From: a virus
DNA: 64,000 nt
Direction: 5' to 3' (one strand)
Virus record (IMG/VR): IMGVR_UViG_3300032223_002232
Coordinates: 105,764 to 169,763 of that record
Shown here: positions 55,526 to 64,000 of the stretch, piece after piece
Position numbering within the stretch: position 1 is the stretch's first letter
How the letters are laid out: every line of letters begins with the position of its first letter
Position numbers and translations under genes: made by a program
The notes under the pieces: model-generated
Databases searched by the model: none
What the model was told of the DNA's origin: nothing
Seen by the model: only the letters and a program-made list of their open reading frames with translations

Positions 55526-57469
55526 TTATTTTGTATAAACTGTTATTGGTGAAGCAACTGAACCAGTTGTAACGCCGTTAATTAAACTTATTGTTTGTGC
55601 AATATTATATATTGTATATGTTGATGTATCTAATATTGCTAAATTAATAGGGGTTAATGATGATACAGGTGAAAACACAGTCATTTCATAACCTTTAGTG
55701 TAATTTGGATTATCAATAACTTTAGAGGAACCTAATATAGTTGATCCACTTAAAGCAATTAATGTTGATCCAGCGGTTTCTATATTTGATCCACTTAATG
55801 ATACTTTTAAATTTTGTATACAATAATAAGGATAAGCTACTGGTGTAGTGAAGAATGAACTCAATGCAGGTAACGGTGATTGTAAATTTGGAGTTACTGA
55901 TGGAGTTGGTGATGGCTGAATAACATTATTAACACTTGTTGATGTAACTGTTGGAGTTGGTGTTTTTGTTAATGTTGGTGTAACTGTTGGTGTAATAGCA
56001 ACACTACTACTTGTTGGAGTTGGTGTTGTTGTTTTGGTAACAGTTGGAGTTGGTGTAATTGTAGCTGTAGGTGTAACAGGTAATGCTGTTGTGATAACAG
56101 ATGTTTTTGTTGGTGTTACAGTTACTGTGGGTGTTACCGTCAATGTTGGTGTAGATGTTACAAATGGAGTTGTAGAAATAGCTCTAGTAACCGATGGTGT
56201 AACTGTTACACTTGGTGTAGGTGCTGGTACAACAACTGGATTAAAAATGTTTCCAATGATTGGACTACCTAACCCTGTTGCGTAATCATAACCAGTTGTA
56301 GATGTATATCTGGTATTATTACCTGTTGTAATATCATTAAAGAAATAATTATAATTTGATGAAGCTAAATTATAAAAAGTGTTTTGTGCTGATCTTGAAT
56401 TAACCTGTGGTAATAATCCAGAACTAGCCATTCTTGCAACAAGTGCAGCCATTTGTGGAGCCGCACAACTAGTTCCTATGAAATACCCCCAACCAGCAAC
56501 ACCGTTTGTTATTGGTTGTGTGACATAAACTGGTACTGGTGAACCAGAGTTGTAAGAGATATCAGGTGTATATCTTGCACTTGTTGTTTGGAAAATTGTT
56601 TGATAGTCGGGTTTTGCAAATGTTGTACTTGGACCACTACCTCCTGCTGACCAAGTTGTTTCAACAAGTGGTCCCGGTGCTATCCAATAATTTGATGCAG
56701 AACCACCATTTAATTGTGAACCACCAACACTTACAACATCAGGTGATGTAGCAGGGAATGATGTTATACCTCCAACATCACCACTTGATACACAGAAAAT
56801 AGCTTTTTGATTTTTAAATACAATATCATTTAATGATGACATTGATGATGGTAAATTAAGACTTTCAGTAGAACCAAAACTCAAAGAAAATATTGTTGCG
56901 CTTAATTGAGTCATAGCGGCATAAACGCCTGTATAGAGCCAACTTGGATCAAGACATGTAATTAAAACTTTCTTTGCGGATGGAGCCATTGCATGAGCAT
57001 ATTGCAAATCAAGATTTGTTTCATAAGCCCAATTCATCCAATCTGCTGATGTAGCGGATGTAACAGTATTCCAACTTGGGATACCACCAACATAATAGTT
57101 ATCTACTGTTGTTTTTGGTAAACCAAACTGTGCACAGAAATAATCTAAATCTGTTTGATAATTTGGATTACCATATGCATCAACTATATAAATTGTCTGA
57201 CCTTGACCTAAATTTCTTACTTTATTGAAACCATAAAAAGCTGATAACTGTGATGGTACTAAACTTTTAATTGATAAAACATCAGGTACGTTTGGTGAAG
57301 GATTTACTATTTGTAAATCAGGTAATTTATCACCACTTGAAACCCAACCTATGCTTTTATTGTTAGCAAGATCTGATTTTGAAGTGTAATGCCAGCCTAA
57401 AAAGGGTTTAGCTTCTATTTTTAGGTCTTTTAATTCTTGTGGTAGTGATACGTTTAATGTTTTATCCAT
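55526..57469 (-). CDS. Sedolisin/kumamolisin (peptidase S53) domain protein with a Thr/Pro-rich linker
   Basis: G.GQTI.IVDAY, ETNLD (E-x3-D), SSGD.G, VGG, GGSG.S, PDIS, GTSCAAP, DITTGNN, GYD.ATGLGSP, then PT repeats. Confidence 0.88.
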   Translation of the reverse strand: MDKTLNVSLPQELKDLKIEAKPFLGWHYTSKSDLANNKSIGWVSSGDKLPDLQIVNPSPNVPDVLSIKSLVPSQLSAFYGFNKVRNLGQGQTIYIVDAYGNPNYQTDLDYFCAQFGLPKTTVDNYYVGGIPSWNTVTSATSADWMNWAYETNLDLQYAHAMAPSAKKVLITCLDPSWLYTGVYAAMTQLSATIFSLSFGSTESLNLPSSMSSLNDIVFKNQKAIFCVSSGDVGGITSFPATSPDVVSVGGSQLNGGSASNYWIAPGPLVETTWSAGGSGPSTTFAKPDYQTIFQTTSARYTPDISYNSGSPVPVYVTQPITNGVAGWGYFIGTSCAAPQMAALVARMASSGLLPQVNSRSAQNTFYNLASSNYNYFFNDITTGNNTRYTSTTGYDYATGLGSPIIGNIFNPVVVPAPTPSVTVTPSVTRAISTTPFVTSTPTLTVTPTVTVTPTKTSVITTALPVTPTATITPTPTVTKTTTPTPTSSSVAITPTVTPTLTKTPTPTVTSTSVNNVIQPSPTPSVTPNLQSPLPALSSFFTTPVAYPYYCIQNLKVSLSGSNIETAGSTLIALSGSTILGSSKVIDNPNYTKGYEMTVFSPVSSLTPINLAILDTSTYTIYNIAQTISLINGVTTGSVASPITVYTK

Positions 57470-57516
57470 GACGATATACTTATCATAAAATATATCAAAT
57501 TTATATTATAAAAAAA

Positions 57517-57579
<63 letters not shown>

Positions 57580-57589
<10 letters not shown>

Positions 57590-58212
57590 TTATATTTCTG
57601 TAAATAAGATTCTACGACCTCATTGTAGGAAGACTTACTCCTTTTTAAAGCTTTTGCAATCTTTTCAAATTCTTTATCTAAAAATTTTAAGTTTGGATCT
57701 AAATGGTGTTCATCAGCTTGAAATTTTACAGCAAATCCACCAGCAGCAATCCATTCATCTACATTCTTCTGTCTATCATCAATTAATATATTAGGTGTAC
57801 CATCTTTCTCTACAGCAGGAGCATCTTTAGCTTTGTTAGGAGTAAAACATCTTTTTAATGGAGCAGGATGTAAATGTTCATCAATCCATTTATTCTTACC
57901 AAGAATACACTGTTGTATGAAATATCTATTTCTATCAGAATTAGAATCTTCTCTTTCATCACATAACGGTGTTGAACAAATATAATAGCCAACACCACCA
58001 GTAAACTTCATTATTTTATCCAAAAGTATACTATTTGATTTAAACTCTGGTAAATCCTTGAAAAAATCATAAACATCACTTTGTTGAGCCATTACTTTAA
58101 AGAAATCATCAACGGATACATCTTTATAGCTTTTTTTACCTGATAAGTTTGTTATGACCTTATAAAGATCAGCTAACACACCATCCATATCTAAAAATAC
58201 TTTATTTTTCAT
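57580..58212 (-). CDS. 5'(3')-deoxyribonucleotidase (HAD, NT5C-like)
   Basis: FLDMDGVLAD, CSTP, K..WI, LIDD...N...W..AGG. Confidence 0.9.
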
Positions 58213-58420
58213 TATTATCTATTGTTTTAACTGTAAATTTATAAATTAACATATCATGACATTTTTTGGGTAGCAATTCTTTTTTTGAACTTAATATTAA
58301 TTTATTTTCCATTTCAGATATTTTTTTTGTTTTTTCTTTTAAACTTTTTTCAGCTTCTTCTTCTGTTTTATGAAACCCTGTCCAATTAAATAAATTTTTA
58401 TTTATTTTAGGGGTTTCCAT
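58202..58420 (-). CDS. Hypothetical protein
   Basis: 72-aa ORF with TAAATA 6 nt upstream. Confidence 0.55.
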   Translation of the reverse strand: METPKINKNLFNWTGFHKTEEEAEKSLKEKTKKISEMENKLILSSKKELLPKKCHDMLIYKFTVKTIDNNEK

Positions 58421-58434
58421 AATATATATTTATA

Positions 58435-59109
58435 TCATACAACACCCTTATATTGTTTATTAATTTCATTTATTTCTTTTGATAATTGATTAATGATTTT
58501 ACTTTCTTTCTTATTAAGACTTTTGTTTATGATTTCTAAATCAGTTAAGAGATAAGCTTGAATTTCATCCTTTAAAACTTTACTTGAATATCTTAATTCG
58601 TATAATGCATCCCTGAATTTATTAAAAATTTTAACAGGAATCTTGTTTATAACTTTATTAACATCTTTTTTATAAAATGGATAGAGATAATAAAATGCAT
58701 GAGCAACTTCATGATCAATCGTTGTTTTTGAAAGTGGATCTGAACCAATTACATAATATTTGTCATCCATTTCAACATAATCTCCAATCTCATTTAAAAT
58801 ATTATAAAAAACATTATCATATTGATTCTTATCTTCAATTTTATCTGAATAATAAAGTTGATGTATTACGTCACTTGGAACATTAAAACCAGCCCAATCA
58901 ATCGGATAAGTGAAACAACCATCTTCTCTACGCATTGAATATATTCTTTGAAACTCCATCATTGTAAAGGGTTTACCTTTTATTTCTTTATAAGGTGATT
59001 CATAAAACTCTTGAACTCTACAAAAAGTCATTGCAAGATCATAAGAGTTTTCAATACCAACAAGAAAAACCTTTGGGTGTATTTGTTCTATTGTATATTT
59101 TACTTTCAT
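58435..59109 (-). CDS. Hypothetical HExxH protein
   Basis: F.RVQEFYESP, W.GFNVP, DHEVAHA, DEIQAY; start 59109 or 59121. Confidence 0.7.
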   Translation of the reverse strand: MKVKYTIEQIHPKVFLVGIENSYDLAMTFCRVQEFYESPYKEIKGKPFTMMEFQRIYSMRREDGCFTYPIDWAGFNVPSDVIHQLYYSDKIEDKNQYDNVFYNILNEIGDYVEMDDKYYVIGSDPLSKTTIDHEVAHAFYYLYPFYKKDVNKVINKIPVKIFNKFRDALYELRYSSKVLKDEIQAYLLTDLEIINKSLNKKESKIINQLSKEINEINKQYKGVV

Positions 59110-59540
59110 AGTTTTATCCATTTGAATTTTGATTTAGGGAGTTTATAAAACATTTCACCTTTGCTAACATATTTGTTAGCAGACTCTTTTAAATTATTAT
59201 CGGTTAAATGTTTTTTAATTTCATCACCCATAATAACACCAATATGAGAATAATCTCTGGATATGATTATATATGAAACATTATTCTCTAAAAAGAATTT
59301 AGCTTTTCTTTCGGGTAAATTAACATCACTAAAAGGAAACTCAGTTTTATTCCAAACTAATCTCCTCTCTAACTCAAACTTCATGGATTTATCTTCTGAT
59401 ACTAAATCAACACCATATTTGTCTTCGTTATCTTTAAGAATTACATTGTATTTTTTAAAAAAGTTTATAACAATTTCTCTTGATTTGGGATCATTCTCAT
59501 TGAATAATTTTTGATCAAACTTTTTATAAAAACCTTTCAT
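59106..59540 (-). CDS. Hypothetical protein, PD-(D/E)XK-like
   Basis: YGVDL...FELE.R..W, ERK.K. Confidence 0.6.
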   Translation of the reverse strand: MKGFYKKFDQKLFNENDPKSREIVINFFKKYNVILKDNEDKYGVDLVSEDKSMKFELERRLVWNKTEFPFSDVNLPERKAKFFLENNVSYIIISRDYSHIGVIMGDEIKKHLTDNNLKESANKYVSKGEMFYKLPKSKFKWIKL

Positions 59541-59560
59541 TATTTATAAGTATATGAATA

Positions 59561-59986
59561 ATGGTTATGAATGTCAATCTTAAAGAATTAAGTATAAAAT
59601 TAGCAGATCAGATTGCTTCATTTATAGGTTCTTGGACTTTTATTATAATTCAATCTACAATTCTAACCATTTGGATTTTAATAAATGTAATAGGATTAGT
59701 TAATTATGATCCATACCCATTTATTCTTTTAAATCTTTTTCTTTCATTTGAAGCTGCTTATGCCACACCTTTAATTCTAATGTCATCCACAAGACAAGCA
59801 GAACAAGACAGAATACATTTAATGAAAGATGTTGCATTGGATCAAGAATCAAATCTTGTTATTAAAAAATTAGCAGAAGATATAAGAATTGATAAAACAG
59901 CTTTAGAATATATTATAAAAGCTAAAGATGAAAGACATGAAATGAGACTTTTGCTAGAAGAAATTCGAGAAATTTTAAAGAAATAA
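59561..59986 (+). CDS. DUF1003 family membrane protein
   Basis: AD.IA.F.GSW.FII, W..IN, DPYPFILLNL.LS..AA...P.ILMS..RQ..D. Confidence 0.88.
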   Translation: MVMNVNLKELSIKLADQIASFIGSWTFIIIQSTILTIWILINVIGLVNYDPYPFILLNLFLSFEAAYATPLILMSSTRQAEQDRIHLMKDVALDQESNLVIKKLAEDIRIDKTALEYIIKAKDERHEMRLLLEEIREILKK

Positions 59987-59989
59987 AAG

Positions 59990-60060
59990 CTACCCCTCAT
60001 GGATTCGAACCATGACTCACAGTGCCAAAAACTGCGGTGCTACCGTTACACCAAAGGGTA
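59990..60060 (-). tRNA. tRNA-Gln(TTG)
   Basis: TACCCTT/AGGGGTA acceptor; GCAGT-TTTTGGC-ACTGT; CATGG-TTCGAAT-CCATG. Confidence 0.92.
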
Positions 60061-60065
60061 TTAAC

Positions 60066-60725
60066 TTATAAAAATGTTTGATCTTTATCTTTTGGAATTG
60101 GTTCGTAATAAACGTAATTAGGTTTTACCGTATATCCAAAATTTTGTAAAGTTATTTTTGCATCATTTGCAGCCTCGCCATCACCACAAAAATAATCTGT
60201 ATTGTGATCTTCAAAATAATCAACTCTTTCTTTATTTTTATTGTAATGTTTAATATGTTCTGGGGTATAATTCCATGCCCATTTAATTTCACGATATTGT
60301 GTTTTTAAAAATCTTTTAAATCTATCCCAAGGTGTTGAAACTTTACTGTAATTAAAATATTCCCAACGTCCAGCAACCGTATCATATGTTTTAAAATCAA
60401 ATAGATTATAAGAAGTATATCTTAAACTTTTTATTGCAATCCAAATTGATTTCAATCTATCCCAAAAAGTATAAGTCATTTTAGGATTGAGTAAAGAATC
60501 TTGTTGTATAGATCTTACGTTTCTGCATTTTGATGTTAAACTCGTATCAATAGTTTTTACAGTATGATTTGCAAGATATTGATCTACATCAACATTATCT
60601 TCTTTGCAAATTTCTTTAAGATAATCTGCTACAGTTGGTAAAGACATAGTTTCTCCTGTTTTTCCTGTTTCAATAGGAAACCCATGAGGAATGCCTTTAA
60701 AAGCTCTTGAAGTCGAATTGCTCAT
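60066..60725 (-). CDS. Hypothetical protein
   Basis: ATG 60725 directly after the purA stop; repeated (F/P)WDR.K segments. Confidence 0.65.
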   Translation of the reverse strand: MSNSTSRAFKGIPHGFPIETGKTGETMSLPTVADYLKEICKEDNVDVDQYLANHTVKTIDTSLTSKCRNVRSIQQDSLLNPKMTYTFWDRLKSIWIAIKSLRYTSYNLFDFKTYDTVAGRWEYFNYSKVSTPWDRFKRFLKTQYREIKWAWNYTPEHIKHYNKNKERVDYFEDHNTDYFCGDGEAANDAKITLQNFGYTVKPNYVYYEPIPKDKDQTFL

Positions 60726-60726
60726 A

Positions 60727-61722
60727 TTATATATTAGTCTTATCTCCAGAAAATACAATATCTTCTTTTGTTAATTCTGTACTAGTTGTAATATCCTCTA
60801 ATAAAAGTTCTTTCATTTTATCAAGACTTCCAGCAATTCTACCAGATAATCCAAAGCTATATCTAAATTCCCCAACCTCTTCTAATACATCACACTTATT
60901 AATAATGAGTTTAGTTACACCAGAAAGATTAATTGCTTCTACTAGCTTTTTTAAATTCAACCAATTAACAAGTCTTTTTCTACCAGTGGTCGTTCCCATT
61001 TCACCACCAATTTCAATAATCTTATCAAGAATTGGATCATCCCAAAGAGATTCGGGAAACAATGGATCTACACCACTTTTGGTATCATATATCTTTGCTA
61101 CACCAATAATATCTCTAATCTTTTTAGGTGAAAAACCAAGAGAACATGCATTATGTGGAAAGGTTTCAGAACTTGTGACATAAGGATAATCTCCCCAATT
61201 TATATCAAGCCAAATACTCTGAGCACCTTCACAAAGAATTTTTCCATCTAAATTACAATCCCAAATAAAATTTTTATTAAGATAATTCTTAACTTGCAAA
61301 CCAGATCTAACTGCTTTATCAGCATAACAAGGAGCAATACCCTGTCCAGTTGTTCCAAGCTTTGGTTTAAGAACATTTACATCATATAATATATGATCCT
61401 GTGTAATGATATGAGCATTAGGATGAACTTTGACCAAAGATGTATCAAAGCCGTTTTTGTCAAGGTAAGATATTTCTTCATAAAATTTATCTACATTAAT
61501 TACACAGTTAGGTCCAATTATCGAAGGTTTATTATGAAATACACCTGATGGAATTAAATGAGTTTTGTATTTGTTATCATTAATATAAACAGTGTGACCA
61601 GCATTTGGTCCACCATTCCAACGACAAACCATGTCATAGTCTTTAGCTAATGCACTTGAGATTTTACCTTTACCTTCATCTCCCCATGCAAGCCCCACAA
61701 TTATGTCTACAAAAGAAATCAT
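60727..61722 (-). CDS. purA: Adenylosuccinate synthetase, short form
   Basis: WGDEGKGK, GG.NAGHT, GTTGQGIAP.Y.DK, EGAQ, DYPYVTSS, GTTTGRKR, NK.DV. Confidence 0.93.
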   Translation of the reverse strand: MISFVDIIVGLAWGDEGKGKISSALAKDYDMVCRWNGGPNAGHTVYINDNKYKTHLIPSGVFHNKPSIIGPNCVINVDKFYEEISYLDKNGFDTSLVKVHPNAHIITQDHILYDVNVLKPKLGTTGQGIAPCYADKAVRSGLQVKNYLNKNFIWDCNLDGKILCEGAQSIWLDINWGDYPYVTSSETFPHNACSLGFSPKKIRDIIGVAKIYDTKSGVDPLFPESLWDDPILDKIIEIGGEMGTTTGRKRLVNWLNLKKLVEAINLSGVTKLIINKCDVLEEVGEFRYSFGLSGRIAGSLDKMKELLLEDITTSTELTKEDIVFSGDKTNI

Positions 61723-61758
61723 CCCACCTATAATAGATGGGATGTTTCATGAAGTCAA
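61720..61758 (-). promoter_or_regulatory. Sigma70 promoter of purA with an inverted repeat spanning the -10 and start codon
   Basis: TTGACT-17 nt-TATTAT, 7 nt before the ATG; CATCCCA(61720-61726)...TGGGATG(61738-61744). Confidence 0.65.
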
Positions 61759-61779
61759 CTAATTTTGTTTAAAAATTAA

Positions 61780-62019
61780 TTATGCCCAAGGGATTGAGGA
61801 CAATGAAAGAACTGCTGTAGCTTTTGCTGTTGCAGATGCATTTGTCCAATCACCAGCGGCTGTGTAATCTGCTTCACCCTTCCAGAGAACGATTGGTCTT
61901 GGGAGACCTTTGACTCTGGCGATGATTGTCTTCTCTGCGAAAAGATCTCTTACAGCAAGTACTTCTACTGCTGAAAGGGATACAGTCTGGAGAGGTTGTG
62001 TTACGACATTAATGCTCAT
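61780..62019 (-). CDS. Hypothetical 79-aa protein
   Basis: ORF with distinct, highly-expressed-style codons; late promoter and structured leader upstream. Confidence 0.7.
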   Translation of the reverse strand: MSINVVTQPLQTVSLSAVEVLAVRDLFAEKTIIARVKGLPRPIVLWKGEADYTAAGDWTNASATAKATAVLSLSSIPWA

Positions 62020-62130
62020 TGTGTATATTGGTTGATTGTTTATGGATTCGTTGTATTCCCCCTACACTCATAGGCGGCGATTCCTTTCTGATAATATTTA
62101 TCTTTGAGTGATACTATTTCTAGTAATTTT

Positions 62131-63519
62131 TTAAATAACTTCTGAAATAAATTGACGCAGTTTACCAGCAGCATTTCTTGGAATACTATCTACAAATACA
62201 AGATCCCATTGAAGATCTTTTGCTACTGAAACATACTGTACTTTTTTGATTCTAGCTAATTCGCTTTCATCTAATTGTCTACTTGTTACTAGATGTAACT
62301 CTATTTTTTCTTCTGTTTTCTGTATTAATTGAAATTCTCTTACCGCTTCAATATCACAGATTTTATAGTGATCAATATCGACTCTTCTTTTTTCTCCATT
62401 TATTAAAAAATAATCTTCTGCTCTACCTACAATTCTCGTGAGAGAAGGAAGACCTCTACCGCAAGAACAAGATCCTCCGACTTCCGCTTCATCTCCAATT
62501 TCATATCTAATAAGAGGCATAGAGAAATTATGTAAAGAGGTTACAACAACTTTCCCAATTTCTCCTTTTTTACAAGAATTACCTTGTTCATCAATTACTT
62601 CCAAGTAAACAGCTTCAGACATAACATGATAGTTTATTCCTTCTGGACATTGAAGAGCCATATAACCTGTTTCATTAGATGTATAGTTATTGTATATAGG
62701 ACAATTTAATACTTCCCAGCACAAAGCTCTAAGAGTACTATCTACAACTTCACTAATCGTCCAAGCTGATTCTATAAAATCTATTTTAATATTATTCTCC
62801 TTAAAATAAGAAAGAAGCAATCTTAATCCAGCAGGACGCATAAGCAAATAAGATGGCTTTCTTTTTAAAACATATTCTGCTTGTTCTGAAAGAGGAAGAT
62901 CGGGTTGAACTAATCCCATACGTCCAGTTTTAGCTATAAAAGAAACAGGAGGATTCCAAGTATTCCATATAATACCCGATTTATCTATTATTGTATTTGG
63001 ATCATTTATTAGTTCTTCCCTAACTTCTTTTCTAAGACCTCTAAAATTTGCTACTTCTTTACTTTCATCTACTTTGTTCCATATTAACTCTCTTATATGA
63101 CAACTCTCCCAAATTAAAGAATCCATTTGACTCTTCTTTACTCCAACTGGTTGACCTGTAGATCCTCCAGAATATGCCATATTACTATTACCAAAAGACT
63201 TTGGATAAGATGGAGCTATAAGTTGATCTTTAAGATTTCTAACATCAGATCTCTTTAATGTTGGTAATCGATTCCATATATCTAATGTCATCGGTTGTCC
63301 TTTAACAAAGCCAGCTTCTTTTAAATTCTTTGCATGAAAAGGAATAGTTGCAGCATGATTAGCTAAAAGCGTAAGTTGTTTAAATTGATTTTCAAGAATT
63401 TGTTCGTTAGGCAACCATTGTGATTGTTCAAACTGATGCTGTAATGCCATTAATGTTGCAGCATGCCCTACATGAACACAAGGCCATGTAACTCCTTCTA
63501 TATTAGAACTTAACTTCAT
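62131..63519 (-). CDS. Phenylacetate-CoA ligase/CapK-like adenylate-forming enzyme
   Basis: SGGSTGQP, YTSNETG..A.QC, G.VVVT.L.N..MPLIRY.IGD, CSCGR, GR..D, GK.R. Confidence 0.88.
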   Translation of the reverse strand: MKLSSNIEGVTWPCVHVGHAATLMALQHQFEQSQWLPNEQILENQFKQLTLLANHAATIPFHAKNLKEAGFVKGQPMTLDIWNRLPTLKRSDVRNLKDQLIAPSYPKSFGNSNMAYSGGSTGQPVGVKKSQMDSLIWESCHIRELIWNKVDESKEVANFRGLRKEVREELINDPNTIIDKSGIIWNTWNPPVSFIAKTGRMGLVQPDLPLSEQAEYVLKRKPSYLLMRPAGLRLLLSYFKENNIKIDFIESAWTISEVVDSTLRALCWEVLNCPIYNNYTSNETGYMALQCPEGINYHVMSEAVYLEVIDEQGNSCKKGEIGKVVVTSLHNFSMPLIRYEIGDEAEVGGSCSCGRGLPSLTRIVGRAEDYFLINGEKRRVDIDHYKICDIEAVREFQLIQKTEEKIELHLVTSRQLDESELARIKKVQYVSVAKDLQWDLVFVDSIPRNAAGKLRQFISEVI

Positions 63520-63998
63520 ATAGTGTGTTCTTTTCTAGAATAGAAATAATTTAATATGTTTTTTTCAATATCGATATTATTAATTTTTATTGTTCCGTTC
63601 TCTTGATACACAATATCGTTTTCTACATCTACTATGTTGTATAGTAATTTATATCTATTAAAATAATTTCTATTTTCAATATCTCCGTGAAAATAATGTG
63701 TTATAGTTCCTTCTATACAACCGACTTTTGTACCTCTTGCTATATTAACATATTTTGTGTAGAAACTTTTATAAAGAACATTTAGTCTTAAATCAGGTAA
63801 ATCAAATGTTCCATCCATTGTACATAAAAGAAAACTATCTCCTCCACCTACAATACATCTATCAAAAAGACCTCCTATCTTGTCATAAAACTTTTTATTA
63901 ATAGCCCAAGTATGACCGGGGTGTCCTACTCGACTTTCATATCCTAATTCTTTTACTTTTCCATATGATAAGAATCCTTTTTCTTTTTCTGGATCAGG
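63516..63998 (-). CDS. Glycosyltransferase-like protein (partial, start outside the window)
   Basis: Frame open from the window end: GHPGHTWAINKKFYDKIGGLFDRCIVGGGD...HYFHG...R.Y..R. Confidence 0.65.
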   Translation of the reverse strand, partial: PDPEKEKGFLSYGKVKELGYESRVGHPGHTWAINKKFYDKIGGLFDRCIVGGGDSFLLCTMDGTFDLPDLRLNVLYKSFYTKYVNIARGTKVGCIEGTITHYFHGDIENRNYFNRYKLLYNIVDVENDIVYQENGTIKINNIDIEKNILNYFYSRKEHTI

Positions 63999-64000
63999 AC

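Noticed and set aside
55870-56240. Tandem repeats as a CRISPR array or VNTR
   Set aside because: They are degenerate in-frame Thr/Pro codon repeats of the protease linker, with no fixed repeat-spacer structure
60727-61722. PurZ and a 2-aminoadenine (Z) genome
   Set aside because: The catalytic motif is GDEGKG with Asp as in PurA (PurZ has Ser), TTGRKR is retained, and no dATPase-type partner is adjacent

Overview
64-kb segment of a large, AT-rich (roughly 30% GC by eye) T4-like myovirus genome. Left to right it holds: a glycosyltransferase/methyltransferase island (1-5.9 kb, plus a further GT between gp46 and the polymerase); a replication block (gp46, family-B DNA polymerase, internally deleted ThyX, UvsX, gp41 helicase, DHH hydrolase, probable gp33/gp59, gp32, gp45); a minus-strand tail/baseplate/terminase module (gp5-like functions split over several genes, gp27, gp3, TerL, gp53, gp48, tape measure, gp26-like, gp54, gp19, gp18); and an accessory region (PhoH, gp14, class Id-like ribonucleotide reductase with a metallothionein-like gene between its subunits, dCMP deaminase, HNH, S53 protease with a Thr/Pro stalk, short PurA, CapK/PaaK-like ligase) containing six tRNAs. 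The strongest sequence-level patterns are: (i) most transcription-unit starts carry a promoter -10 element (sigma70-type or TAA[A/G]TA late-type) only 4-8 nt before the start codon with no Shine-Dalgarno, implying leaderless expression; (ii) every Pro-Gly dipeptide checked is encoded so as to avoid CCWGG; (iii) a set of late proteins shares a capsid-targeting-like N-terminal peptide, including the metallothionein-like protein; (iv) two CDS stop codons lie inside tRNA 5' ends. All product calls come from motif recognition and T4 synteny; no database search was run.
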